Assembly: GCF_000015145.1 (NCBI RefSeq)
Contig: NC_008818.1
Location: 960,001-992,000 of the forward strand
Direction: 5' to 3'
From: Hyperthermus butylicus DSM 5456
GTDB lineage: Archaea; Thermoproteota; Thermoprotei_A; Sulfolobales; Pyrodictiaceae
DNA length: 32,000 bases
The stretch's first letter is position 1; each line of letters starts with the position of its first letter. The notes beneath the pieces were generated by a model that was not told the DNA's origin, did not search any database, and was given only the letters and a program-made list of their open reading frames with translations. A program made the position numbers and the translations under genes. This document shows, in pieces, positions 1 through 9,304 of the stretch.

Positions 1-2552
1 TTGTGCTGTAGCTGACGCGGCTTCACGAAAAATTCTTGTGCTTCGTAAGTTGATATTATGCTCTCCGCTGGGATGCCTACGGGGGATTCCGAGTCCTTGC
101 CATAGTAGTGCTTTAGTATCTTCCGAGCAAGCTCTTTGAGAGCAACCATTACGCTGTGGGGTCGTGTATGAAGCCCCTCAGCCACGGAGTCCCAGCTCCT
201 ACCCTGGAGCACCTTAGATATAGCTATGTACTCCTCTTTCTTGCTTAGCGAGAGTCCCTTAGTCTTAGGGTACATTATCCAGTATGCCCTTATGAGTTCG
301 TGAAGGACGTCGGCTACCGCCTCATATGTCATCGGGCCATAGGCATATATCCATAAGCGGTCTACCTGTATCGGTGTGAGAGCGGGGTAGTAGTTGTCGA
401 ATATCGGGTTTCCAGTCTTCAATATGAGCATAGCCACCTCTGGCTCTAGGTCGCGGTAGGGATCGTGTAGGCTCTCTAGTAGTTTCCTCTTAAACTCTCT
501 GTTAGCAATGTCTACGAGCCTAGTCATGGTCTCTGTTATCGGCTTTATCACTAGTATTGTGTATTCGCCGCTAACTGGGTTACGGTCAGGCGACATGTGG
601 ACAGGGTAGAAACCATTCTTCACCCAGAACTTTAGTAGCTGCTCGTTAACGCCAAACCCGCTTCCAACCCAGTCAAGCCCTAGCTCCTTAGCCTCCTCGT
701 ACACCTTTTCGAGAGCAAATGAGCCTATACCTCTACCTTGCACCTCGGGATGCGTTGCAATTCTTACTATGCGCCAACCCCGTGCATGGCCAAACTCTCT
801 TACTCTTAGGTGTTTTAGTGTCCTATCAGGTATGATGTTGCCTGGTGTCTTGCCTCCACGTAGTAACTCTTCAACCATCTCGTCGTCTAGGCCTCCCTCC
901 TGGGCTATCTGCAGGGCACATACTATCTTTCCAGAGGGTAGTCTTACACCGCGTATGATGTGGTGAGGAGCGTCAGCTAGTATTGCTAGGTCATCCGGTT
1001 CATTCCGGTAGTGGGCCAAGACGTAAATGCCGAAGAGTTGGCGTAGTGTCTTCTCGCCCTCGGGACTGAAGAGTTCCCTTGGCTCAAACTTTACGTATTC
1101 AAACTGTTTGGCTTCTATAGCCTTTAGATCCTCTTCATCTAGCTCTGCTGGCTCGGCGTCAAGTAGTAGGGCGTCAAAGAGCCACCTCTCTATCGGATCA
1201 TCCTCGGCATACCTTATGGGCTCGTGCATTTCAACCTCTATAAGCTCCGTATTGGGATCGTTTTTGAGTGCCGGTAGAAACCTTACTGAGAATCCTCTCC
1301 CAGCGCCCTCGTAGCCGTGTATAGTTGTTGCGAAGACTAGCTTCCGGTGGCTCCGCCATATCTTGTGTAGGAGTGGAATATGCATGCCAGCTGCCTCGTC
1401 AACTATCACTATATCGGCCTTCAGCCTTGGTACATGTATTGGCTCCCAATACTCTATGCTAAACCCTTTACCGTGTATCTCGAGGATATTGTCGCCCCGT
1501 CTTACGATGTGTGTCTTAAGCTCTAGCTTTTCCGCTGCTTTGAGCGCTAGTGTAAAGAATGACTGTACATTGCTAAGGTTTGGTGCTGTGACAACTATAC
1601 GTACACGGCCAAGTTCCTTCCGCAGCCTAGCAGCGAGGCCTATTGATGCTATGCCTACGGCTCCAGACTTGCCACGTCCCCTATCCGATGTTATTATTAT
1701 AGCTCTACGCTTCTTCTTAGGCTTCTCTAGAAGGGATTCGAGAACCTTTATGACATTCACCTGGTCCTGTGTCAGTGCAAGCTCGTATAGCTCTCTGGGG
1801 AACTCCGTCTTCTCCGGTATCTCTATCTTCTGCTCGGTCCTCCTCCTTAACGGGTAGTCGTCAGCTTTTATTATTTCACCATCGTCAGTGTCAAATATAA
1901 ATATGCCCTTGTGGTCTAAAAGTTTCCTCTTAAACCAGCTAATGAAGACGTGGCGTGGTTCATTGTAGCCTGGCACTACAAGGTTTTGTTTGAATATCGT
2001 TATCCATTTGTCCCACTTGCTCCATGGAGGTACCATGAATACTATTAGGCCTCCACCCTCCACTATGCCCACAAGCCTACCTACATCGTTTGGTTTTAGG
2101 TCGTTAACGAGATCCATTACTAGTAGCTTGAATGTTGTACCTAGGTATCTATCGCTTTCCTCATACCTTGCTATCGTATACTCTATCATGTCGGCTTGTG
2201 CCTTCAAAGTCCGCTTGACTACCTCTTTTCTTATCTTCGCGTCCTTGAACTCATCGTGGAACACGTATAGTAGGGGTAGAGGCTCCTTACCCTTTAATCG
2301 CCGGTAGACACGCTCATAGAAGAGTAGGGCGCGAGCTACTGTAGCTGCTACCTCGACGGGATCCGTACCGGTTACGACCAAGAGCCTCCTATGCCTTGAT
2401 ACTATGGCGCGTTCTATGGCCTTGCTCAGCTTTCTCAGCAGCTTGTTAAACGATGAAGGTACGTACTTTTTGAGTTCCTCCGCAACGTTCTTAGCTAGGT
2501 TTTCGATATCCTTCTTCCCCAGCTCGCTGTACTCTGCTGGCAGGCTCTCCAA
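1..2552 (-). CDS. tmcA: tRNA(Met) cytidine acetyltransferase TmcA (NAT10/Kre33-type helicase + GNAT RNA acetyltransferase); 3' end runs off the left edge
   Basis: Absent from the ORF track because it has no stop in the window. Manual minus-strand translation gives one open frame from TTG 2552 (in-frame TAG at 2609-2607 just upstream) down to base 3. Motifs: SRHRRLLVVTGTDP (N-terminal domain), Walker A IITSDRGRGKSGAVG, IVIVDEAAG, TIHGYEGAGRGF, GNAT core WRIVRIATHPEVQGRGIGS. The Ser-rich + strand ORFs at 769-2610 are its antisense shadows. Confidence 0.85.
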   Translation of the reverse strand, partial: MESLPAEYSELGKKDIENLAKNVAEELKKYVPSSFNKLLRKLSKAIERAIVSRHRRLLVVTGTDPVEVAATVARALLFYERVYRRLKGKEPLPLLYVFHDEFKDAKIRKEVVKRTLKAQADMIEYTIARYEESDRYLGTTFKLLVMDLVNDLKPNDVGRLVGIVEGGGLIVFMVPPWSKWDKWITIFKQNLVVPGYNEPRHVFISWFKRKLLDHKGIFIFDTDDGEIIKADDYPLRRRTEQKIEIPEKTEFPRELYELALTQDQVNVIKVLESLLEKPKKKRRAIIITSDRGRGKSGAVGIASIGLAARLRKELGRVRIVVTAPNLSNVQSFFTLALKAAEKLELKTHIVRRGDNILEIHGKGFSIEYWEPIHVPRLKADIVIVDEAAGMHIPLLHKIWRSHRKLVFATTIHGYEGAGRGFSVRFLPALKNDPNTELIEVEMHEPIRYAEDDPIERWLFDALLLDAEPAELDEEDLKAIEAKQFEYVKFEPRELFSPEGEKTLRQLFGIYVLAHYRNEPDDLAILADAPHHIIRGVRLPSGKIVCALQIAQEGGLDDEMVEELLRGGKTPGNIIPDRTLKHLRVREFGHARGWRIVRIATHPEVQGRGIGSFALEKVYEEAKELGLDWVGSGFGVNEQLLKFWVKNGFYPVHMSPDRNPVSGEYTILVIKPITETMTRLVDIANREFKRKLLESLHDPYRDLEPEVAMLILKTGNPIFDNYYPALTPIQVDRLWIYAYGPMTYEAVADVLHELIRAYWIMYPKTKGLSLSKKEEYIAISKVLQGRSWDSVAEGLHTRPHSVMVALKELARKILKHYYGKDSESPVGIPAESIISTYEAQEFFVKPRQLQH

Positions 2553-2647
2553 TACCGCTCCCCGCCTCGCTATAGGCTGTCCTGTGAAGTACCTGACGCT
2601 TCCCCACTAATGCTGTATACTATTACACTGTTCCTACCCTGGGAGGG

Positions 2648-3940
2648 CTAGAATATGTTATCGAGGGCTTCCAGTTCCTTTAGCATTGAATACTCTATTG
2701 TCTTCTGCAAATGTTTTTCAAGGTCTCTAATGGTTAGCGTTTGCTCCTCCTGCTCCTTCTTGCCGATTATCACGGCGTACCTATAACCTTGTCTTGCTAT
2801 CCATGCCAGCGCCTTATGGAGTTTTTGCTCGACGAGCATTGTAGAGGCGATATTCATTCTTACAAGTTCATCCTGGATCTCTGCTGCGTAGGGAAGAACC
2901 TCAGTACTCAGAGCCACTATGGCTGCCCTGACAGGTTTTGCTAGCAGCTTATCCAGCTTGCTTAGCTCCTTGAGTGCTGCTAATGTACGGTCTAGGCCTA
3001 TAGCGAAACCTGTCCCGGGTACGTGCTCGCCCCCATAAAGCTCTATGAGATTATCATATCTCCCTCCGCCAGCTATACTTACGGGAATAGCTTTTGTCTC
3101 TACCTCGTATATGATGCCGGTATAGTAAGCTAGGCCTCGCGCAAACGATAGGTTCACTCGGACTTCAATGCGGGTGTTGTAGGTTTTTATTAGGCTTGCT
3201 ATGGTTTGTAGCTCTTCTACAGCTCTAGCAGCCTCTGGGTCTCCAACTGCCTCCCTAGCGTTTTCGAGGTCTGCGGGATTCCTCCATAGCTCTTCCAGTA
3301 AGCTTGCAAGGTCTCGGCCAACCTTCTCTTCGACAAGGGCTAGTGCTTCATTATACATTTTCTTATCCATTAGGTGTAGTATGTGGTCTTGTAACTCCTC
3401 ATCAACACCGTACTTCCCGAATAGTATCCTGTAAAGCTTGGTTGTACCTAATTTCAGACTTATGTCATCCAGCATGCCGATGCTGTTGTAGAACGCTACT
3501 AGGAGCTTTATTGGGTCGAAGTCACCCTCCACGCCCTCAGCGCCAAGGTATTCGACTCCAGCCTGCCAGAATTCACGGTATCTTGCCCTCTGCGGCTCTT
3601 CGTATCGGAAACAGTTAACTATGTAGTAGAGCTTGATTGGTTTTGGTCTTGCTCGTAGGTGTTTAAGGTATATTCTCGCTATACTAGCTGTTGCTTCGGG
3701 TCTCAACGCTACTTCGCGGCCAGCTTTGTCCCGGAAAACATACATTGTTCTTCTTATCTCCTCGCCGGATTTGAGGGCAAAGAGTTCGAACCTCTCCAGT
3801 GTTGGTGGAATGACTTCCTCGTAGCCGTGGAGTTCTGCTAGTTTTGCAAATTTTTGCGCAAGTAGTGTTAGTGCTTTAGAGTCTGGTTCTAGTATGTCTC
3901 TAAATCCCCTGAGTGGTTCGAGAGGTATTCTCGCCGGCAT
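2648..3940 (-). CDS. hisS: histidyl-tRNA synthetase
   Basis: 430-aa ORF. N-terminal PLRGFRDILEP, class II core motifs (YVFRDKAGREVALRPEATASIAR, CFRYEEPQRARYREFWQ, GGGRYD, GTGFAIGLDR), C-terminal anticodon-binding fold. Confidence 0.95.
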   Translation of the reverse strand: MPARIPLEPLRGFRDILEPDSKALTLLAQKFAKLAELHGYEEVIPPTLERFELFALKSGEEIRRTMYVFRDKAGREVALRPEATASIARIYLKHLRARPKPIKLYYIVNCFRYEEPQRARYREFWQAGVEYLGAEGVEGDFDPIKLLVAFYNSIGMLDDISLKLGTTKLYRILFGKYGVDEELQDHILHLMDKKMYNEALALVEEKVGRDLASLLEELWRNPADLENAREAVGDPEAARAVEELQTIASLIKTYNTRIEVRVNLSFARGLAYYTGIIYEVETKAIPVSIAGGGRYDNLIELYGGEHVPGTGFAIGLDRTLAALKELSKLDKLLAKPVRAAIVALSTEVLPYAAEIQDELVRMNIASTMLVEQKLHKALAWIARQGYRYAVIIGKKEQEEQTLTIRDLEKHLQKTIEYSMLKELEALDNIF

Positions 3941-4457
3941 GCTGCATCGTCCTCGCTGGTTGTGGGTGGAAAAGCGTCACACTATAGTACGTTATGTCGC
4001 CGTATCTATCGACTATGGCTAGGATTGGTTCCCAGTTGTTTTTAAGTGCTTCTTCTACAAACGAGTTTATGAGTGATAGGCTTACAGGCCTATTCTCTTC
4101 TAGTACGAGGATGTAATGCGTATATTTCGTGTCTCTCTTGCTCCTCCTTAGGAGGAATGTGTGGCTTCGAGGGCCGGGTACAGGTATTCGCCCCCTCCTT
4201 CGAAGGTCAAGATATACTTCAAACTCTACCCATGCGTAAGGGTTGAGTATTGTTAGCATGCGCATAAGCTGCTCGAAATTTAGCATGCGACCCTGCTCAT
4301 CGTATAACCGTGCAGCTTCGGTATAGAGCAGGTATAGTGCTTCAACAGGCTCGACTTCGCTGGGAGTGGCTCGCTTGGGTAAGTATCGCTGCAGTAGTTC
4401 TACGCCCTCCTCCACTACTATAGCGATCTTTTTCTCTCCTCTGTGCAACCTAAGCAC
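3900..4457 (-). CDS. tRNA-splicing endonuclease family protein, probably the non-catalytic structural (beta) subunit
   Basis: 185-aa ORF with a GTG start. The C-terminal half aligns by eye to M. jannaschii EndA: VYLDLRRRG... / ...THYILV... / ...PILAIVDRYGDITYYSV. The catalytic Tyr and Lys positions are substituted and the His is kept. The 3' end overlaps the hisS start by 41 nt. Confidence 0.65.
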   Translation of the reverse strand: MLRLHRGEKKIAIVVEEGVELLQRYLPKRATPSEVEPVEALYLLYTEAARLYDEQGRMLNFEQLMRMLTILNPYAWVEFEVYLDLRRRGRIPVPGPRSHTFLLRRSKRDTKYTHYILVLEENRPVSLSLINSFVEEALKNNWEPILAIVDRYGDITYYSVTLFHPQPARTMQHAGENTSRTTQGI

Positions 4458-4539
4458 TATGGTCTCGTTGGTTTTCCCCCCATGTAGCTGTACCCCCTGT
4501 AGTTTACCGTGTTCTAGCTAGTGAGGTTTAAGATGTTCT

Positions 4540-5648
4540 ATGCTTGGCTTGCTAGGAACTGGTGGCTATGCAGTGGAGGATATTCTTGCTAAGCTTAAGA
4601 TCAAGCCTCTTGAATGGGTTGAAGATAAGGAGGGGCCCAAGCTAAGGTGGTTGGATACACGTCTCCTTCCGTGGGAGGAGGTTTACCGGGAGACAAGGGA
4701 CTATAAGAGGGTTGCAAAGGCCATCAAGGATATGGAGATACGTGGCGCTCCAGCTATAGGTGTTGCAGCTGCCTACGGTCTGGCACTGGCAGCCTACTAC
4801 TCCAAGGCGCGTGATGTCAACGAGCTACTTGCACAACTAGAAGAGGCTAGGAAGGTTCTAGCCTCCACAAGGCCCACCGCCTACAACCTCTTCTGGGCCC
4901 TAGAAAGGGTGATGAAGGCTGCACGTAACGCGGAACAGCATGGAGTTGATGCAGTTGTTAGGCGTGTTATAGAGGAGGCAAGGACTATACACCTTGAGGA
5001 TGTTAGGGCGAATATAGAGCTCGGCCGTATCGGGGCTAAGCTAATAGATGATGGCGATACGATACTAACACACTGCAACGCAGGTGCACTGGCAACGTCG
5101 GGGTATGGCACTGCAGAGGGCATTATGAGAGCAGCTGTTGAGGAGGGTAAGAGGATAAGGGTAATTGCTACCGAGACTAGACCCTTACTGCAAGGTGCCC
5201 GGCTTACAGTATGGGAGCTCTTAAAGGAGGGTATTGAGGTTAGGCTCATAACAGATAACATGGTCGGCTACGTCATGTACAAGGGTCTTGTGGACAAGGT
5301 TATTGTTGGTGCTGACCGCATCACAGCTGACGGCTACGTAGCCAACAAGATTGGCACATACATGATAGCAGTATTAGCTAATAGGCATGGTGTGCCATTC
5401 TATGTTGCTGCACCTACTTCACATTTGACCTCAGCATTGAGGGCGACAACATACCTATCGAGGAGCGTAGCCCTAACGAGGTTAGGACGGTTCTAGGCAA
5501 GCTAGCAATAACAGTGCCCGATGTACCAGTGTATAATCCTGCCTTCGATATTACACCCCCAGAGCTTGTTACTGCTATAGTTACTGAGAAGGGTATAGTG
5601 ACGCCACCCTATCGCGAAAACATAAAGAGGGTCTTCAATAGGTCCTAG
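4540..5648 (+). pseudogene. mtnA: methylthioribose-1-phosphate isomerase / aIF-2B-related (MtnA family), interrupted by an apparent 1-nt deletion near 5419-5424 (could be a sequencing error)
   Basis: Frame 1 reads LRWLDTRLLPWEEVY, IRGAPAIGVAAAYGLALAA, THCNAGALAT, VGADRITADGYVANKIGTY, PFYVAAPTS and then decays to a stop at 5496. The -1 frame from 5421 reads TFDLSIEGDNIPIEERSPNEVRTV...VYNPAFDITPPELVTAIVTEKGIV...NRS* (stop 5646-5648), which restores the family AAPxSTxD and NPAFDxTP motifs. The true start may be GTG 4573, because a TATA-like TTTAAGAT sits at 4527-4534. Confidence 0.85.
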
Positions 5649-5663
5649 GGCATATGTTTCTTT

Positions 5664-7058
5664 TCATCCATATACTTGCAGTATAATGTAGGCCGACAGT
5701 AGAATTATTGGTGGTACATGGTTGTAGAATGGTATGCGCCAGCTGGCATAGGTTAGTGCATAGCTTATAGCTATACCTATGACTGTTATCAGAATCACAG
5801 CGGCATGTACATCTATGACTGCGTGTTGTAGAGGTTGTGTAAATGGTAGTGGGGATGCAGTAGCTGAGGTGATCGTTGTTGATAGTGTTGTATCGGAAAG
5901 CATATTTGCTACGAGCACGATGGCGAGCTGCATTGCAGCTATTACGCCGGCGAGGGTGGTAGAGTAGGCCATTGTATATGTGTATATTCGTGAAACTGTT
6001 GTAGAGACCAGTTCTAGTATCGCAGATGCTATGTGGAGTGATTTAACTGCTTGACCTCCAGCCCTGAGAGCTGATGACACGGTCTTTGATACAAGGTATG
6101 CGAGCTTGTTTGCATCGCTTGCTCTCAGCGGGATAGGCCTCCCAGTTCTAAGGGCGTATATTATCTGGCTGCTGGCGTCTCGTCCCTCACGCTTAATTAT
6201 GGCTACAACTACATCACGCGTAACGCCCTTTACTGACACTATTTCGACAAGGATTCTTGCGAGATAGGCTAGCCTCTTAAGGCTGTTAATGTAGTTTTTA
6301 GCGTAGAGTATATAGTATAGCTTAATTGCAAGTGAGCCGGTTGCAAGTACTGGCACAAGTATAGAGAATGTAGTGGAAGATATATCTTTCACTACTAGCA
6401 GTGATAGTGCTGTCAAAGCTAGCGTCTCTGCTGCAACACCAAGGTATGGCTTAACATTCAGCTGGAGGTATGTGTCTAGTACGCGTATGCGAGCCGATAT
6501 AGCTATGGCGGCAGAGGCAGCTATTACCAGTAGTGCTGCTAAGTATATTGCTGCAATGTTTTCTGCAAATATAGAGGCAAGTATAACAGTTAGTAGGACG
6601 AATGCTGTAAGCGTTGATATAGCCTCTATTGCTGTTGTTAGAGCTGAGAGCTTACGCCTAATAACCTCCTCGAAGTTAGCTATAACACTATTAACAACGC
6701 CTAGTAGTACTTCAAGAGGCTTACCGCTAACTAGATATCCAGTGGTATATGAACGTATTGTGCGTCTTATCACGTCAATATTTACTGCTTCGGCCAGCTT
6801 TTCTAATGCAAGTAGCGAATTCGTATACTTCTTATATAGCGCGACGTAAAACTTTGAAATTTTCGTAAATTCCTTCATGATACTGGATAATTGTTTATCA
6901 TTGCTAAGCTCTGCTAGGGCTTCGTGGGGTGCTATGTGGCCACCGCTATGGGCTAGTGCGTAAAGTAGAAAGAGTGGTAGTTCGGCCGTGGCTCTATCAG
7001 CGTCTATTCTCAATTTTTGCTCCAGCAGTGTCATGCAACCACCTCTGGCTAGCGTCAT
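5664..7058 (-). CDS. polytopic membrane platform protein of a type IV pilus/archaellum-like system (FlaJ/TadC/PilC family)
   Basis: 464-aa ORF. Two cytoplasmic helical segments alternate with clusters of hydrophobic TM helices, giving a duplicated T2SF-like architecture. It lies directly downstream of the FlaI-like ATPase on the same strand (27-nt gap). Confidence 0.7.
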   Translation of the reverse strand: MTLARGGCMTLLEQKLRIDADRATAELPLFLLYALAHSGGHIAPHEALAELSNDKQLSSIMKEFTKISKFYVALYKKYTNSLLALEKLAEAVNIDVIRRTIRSYTTGYLVSGKPLEVLLGVVNSVIANFEEVIRRKLSALTTAIEAISTLTAFVLLTVILASIFAENIAAIYLAALLVIAASAAIAISARIRVLDTYLQLNVKPYLGVAAETLALTALSLLVVKDISSTTFSILVPVLATGSLAIKLYYILYAKNYINSLKRLAYLARILVEIVSVKGVTRDVVVAIIKREGRDASSQIIYALRTGRPIPLRASDANKLAYLVSKTVSSALRAGGQAVKSLHIASAILELVSTTVSRIYTYTMAYSTTLAGVIAAMQLAIVLVANMLSDTTLSTTITSATASPLPFTQPLQHAVIDVHAAVILITVIGIAISYALTYASWRIPFYNHVPPIILLSAYIILQVYG

Positions 7059-7085
7059 GAATGTTTTTGATAGTGTAAATTGTGG

Positions 7086-8636
7086 CTAGCATCTTCGAAC
7101 TATAGTACTTGTATATGTTGTAAGAAACTCTGAAAAGCTGCACGTGTAGCAACTTTCTATGAGCTTTACAAGCTCTTCAAGCTCAGCAGCTAAGCTATCT
7201 AGGCTTAATCCTCTTGTCTTAGCTATGAGCTTTAACCTGTAGCTCCTTGCTAGGAGTTCGTCAAGGCTCTCTGGGCTGTGTGTATCACTGCTGCTATTCC
7301 ACGTGAAGAGTTTCTCTATTTCTATTCCCGAGGCAGCTGGCTTTATCTCGACTATCTCTACTACTCGTCTTGCTTCAACACCGCTTGGGAGTCTAACCCT
7401 ATGGACAACAACTATGTTCCACAAGAGCTGCAGGAATCCGTCATCAATGCTTATAGGTCTAGCTCTGAGCCTATAAATGGCAGACTCAACAGTATCGGCG
7501 TGAAAGGTAGAAAGTGCAGCATGGCCGCTTCCTGCTGCGTGAATGAACACTCTAGCTTCTTCGCCACGTATCTCTCCTATAACGAAGTAGTCGGGGCGTC
7601 TTCTAAGTGCAAACTTTGACAATTTATACATGTCTATGTCTTCGCCTTCAAGGCTGCTGTAGGCATAGCGTGTTACTAGACTATCCCAGTGGGGATGGTG
7701 TGCAAGGTTAAGTTCAGGTGTATCTTCAATAGTTACAACGCGATAGTATGGCGGTATTAGAAGCAATAATGCTTGCAACAATGTTGTCTTACCTGAAGCC
7801 GTTGGCCCTATGACCAATATTGCTGGTTTGTGAAGCAGTAAGTACCACAAGTAGGCAGCAGCGAGTGGCGAGAGGAATCGTGTCCTAACAAGGTGTGGTA
7901 GAGGAATAGGCTCCTCCCTATGCTTGCGGATAACTATTGAGGAGCCATGCCTACTAATCTCTCTTGAGAAGGTTGCAGCTACACGGTGACCTCCTGGAAT
8001 TAGTGCTTCAAGGTATGGATGTGCGAAGCTTACATCGCGTTCAGCAAGACGTGCTAGCTGGATAACGAGGCTGTCGAGAACACTGCTGCTGAGTCTAATA
8101 TTTGTGTTAATCCAACCTATAGGTAGATCCCGATGAACTATTGCTACGGGTTTATCCGGTGCATTAACAGCTATCTCCTCTATATTACTATCGAGTATGA
8201 GAGGGTATAGTGGACCATAGCCGCTAAGACCTTTACGCACATAGTAGCTCATTGCGATGTAGTTAGCTCTAACTTCTTCATAGTTTATACCGTATTTTTC
8301 GGTAAGCTCCTTTAACTCATCAAAGCTTGTAGGTAGACCGTCAAGGCCTTCAGCTATTATAGCCTCCAATAACGCAACAATAGTCTTGAGGGTCGATGGA
8401 AAAGATGTATCTGGCTCAATGGTGAGTGGTGGCTCTGAAACGCAGTATTCAACATTCCCCGACTTAATTCCTATAACAACTCTTACAGCTCCGTGCACGT
8501 CGTATTCATTAATAATCTTCTCAAACCTTGCATCACAGATCACAGGCTTTATCATATCAGCTAGAATGGGGTCAATACTGGTTGCAGTTTCTCTGCTAAT
8601 CCTCCTCAAGGCTGTAATGCCTCCAATGGTCCCCAT
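7086..8636 (-). CDS. type II/IV secretion-family ATPase (FlaI/GspE/VirB11-like pilus assembly ATPase)
   Basis: 516-aa ORF. Walker A VIGPTASGKTTLL, Asp box VVTIEDTPEL, Walker B PDYFVIGEIRGEEA, His box GHAALSTFHA. Confidence 0.9.
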   Translation of the reverse strand: MGTIGGITALRRISRETATSIDPILADMIKPVICDARFEKIINEYDVHGAVRVVIGIKSGNVEYCVSEPPLTIEPDTSFPSTLKTIVALLEAIIAEGLDGLPTSFDELKELTEKYGINYEEVRANYIAMSYYVRKGLSGYGPLYPLILDSNIEEIAVNAPDKPVAIVHRDLPIGWINTNIRLSSSVLDSLVIQLARLAERDVSFAHPYLEALIPGGHRVAATFSREISRHGSSIVIRKHREEPIPLPHLVRTRFLSPLAAAYLWYLLLHKPAILVIGPTASGKTTLLQALLLLIPPYYRVVTIEDTPELNLAHHPHWDSLVTRYAYSSLEGEDIDMYKLSKFALRRRPDYFVIGEIRGEEARVFIHAAGSGHAALSTFHADTVESAIYRLRARPISIDDGFLQLLWNIVVVHRVRLPSGVEARRVVEIVEIKPAASGIEIEKLFTWNSSSDTHSPESLDELLARSYRLKLIAKTRGLSLDSLAAELEELVKLIESCYTCSFSEFLTTYTSTIVRRC

Positions 8637-8699
8637 TAGCGAGTAGTCATCTATCTTGCAGTCGTTACGAGCACAGCATGGCGGTTACGGCAATGAGTG

Positions 8700-8706
8700 A
8701 AAAAAA
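8700..8706 (-). terminator. oligo-T (T7) archaeal terminator candidate downstream of the pilin gene
   Basis: The minus strand reads GATAATTTTTTTCAC, 34-40 nt after the pilin stop (8742-8740). Archaeal RNAP terminates at oligo-T tracts. Confidence 0.45.
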
Positions 8707-8739
8707 TTATCAAGATGTGGTAACGTGTAATTTCGGGCG

Positions 8740-9150
8740 CTAGCTTACCTCTATGGGCTCTGTTGTGTATAGCTTGCCGCCGGCTTGGTACATTAGTACC
8801 AGTACTACGGGCCAGTCGCACAGATTCTGGTCAACAGGTATCTCTATGAGCTTTTTCTCGCCGCCTTGCACAGTTATGGGTGTTGTCAGGTTGTGTGTGA
8901 ATGTGTAGCCGTTCATGCAGCTAACCTTTGATGCTTGCACGGTGATCGGTGTCGTCCCTGCATTATCTACCGTTACATATATTGTGGCGGTTTCGGGGAC
9001 GTACTCTGCTATCGAGTATGCCACCGGTTTGTCGGCCATAGTGTTTACTGTGTTTAGGAAGTACTGATACACTATGAGGCCAGCTGCTATGCTGGCCATC
9101 AAGAGTATCACGGCCGAGACTATTGGAGAGACTGCTCTCACGACTCTCAC
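8740..9150 (-). CDS. type IV pilin-like protein with class III (prepilin) signal peptide
   Basis: 136-aa ORF with a GTG start. N-terminus MRVVRAVSPIVSAVILLMASIAAGLIVYQYF: short basic leader, RA/VSP cleavage-type motif, long hydrophobic helix. The remainder is beta-rich. First gene of the ATPase/platform cluster. Confidence 0.7.
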   Translation of the reverse strand: MRVVRAVSPIVSAVILLMASIAAGLIVYQYFLNTVNTMADKPVAYSIAEYVPETATIYVTVDNAGTTPITVQASKVSCMNGYTFTHNLTTPITVQGGEKKLIEIPVDQNLCDWPVVLVLMYQAGGKLYTTEPIEVS

Positions 9151-9304
9151 CCACCCGAACGCTTGTCTCCATAGCTATGCTATACGGAGTGGTAACATTC
9201 TACATTAGTTAGTGGAAAGGCATTTATTCAGCGAAGCTGTTTCGGCGGCTTATTCTTGAAATCCTATAAGGGAAGCTTAGCCTAACGAGGATTGAGGGGT
9301 TAAA

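Noticed and set aside
769-2610. Five + strand ORFs (65-164 aa) rich in Ser/Leu/Arg
   Set aside because: Low-complexity antisense shadows. The minus strand carries one uninterrupted frame with clear TmcA motifs across the whole interval.
4909-4915. Intragenic GTGATGA/ATGATGA C-box-like heptamers (also at 27109-27115 in alba and 28301-28307 in the MgtC-like gene)
   Set aside because: None has a CTGA-type D or D' box at 10-13 nt spacing or a second box pair, so these are chance occurrences inside coding sequence.
5419-5424. Programmed -1 ribosomal frameshift in the mtnA-like gene
   Set aside because: No X XXY YYZ slippery heptamer. The P-site UCA codon cannot re-pair in the -1 frame. A single-base indel explains it fully.
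6373-6849. 158-aa + strand ORF (also 22163-22606 and 24238-24639)
   Set aside because: These are antisense to well-supported genes (FlaJ-like, the helical/wHTH pair, lhr) and have the Ser/Ala/Thr-rich composition typical of shadow ORFs.
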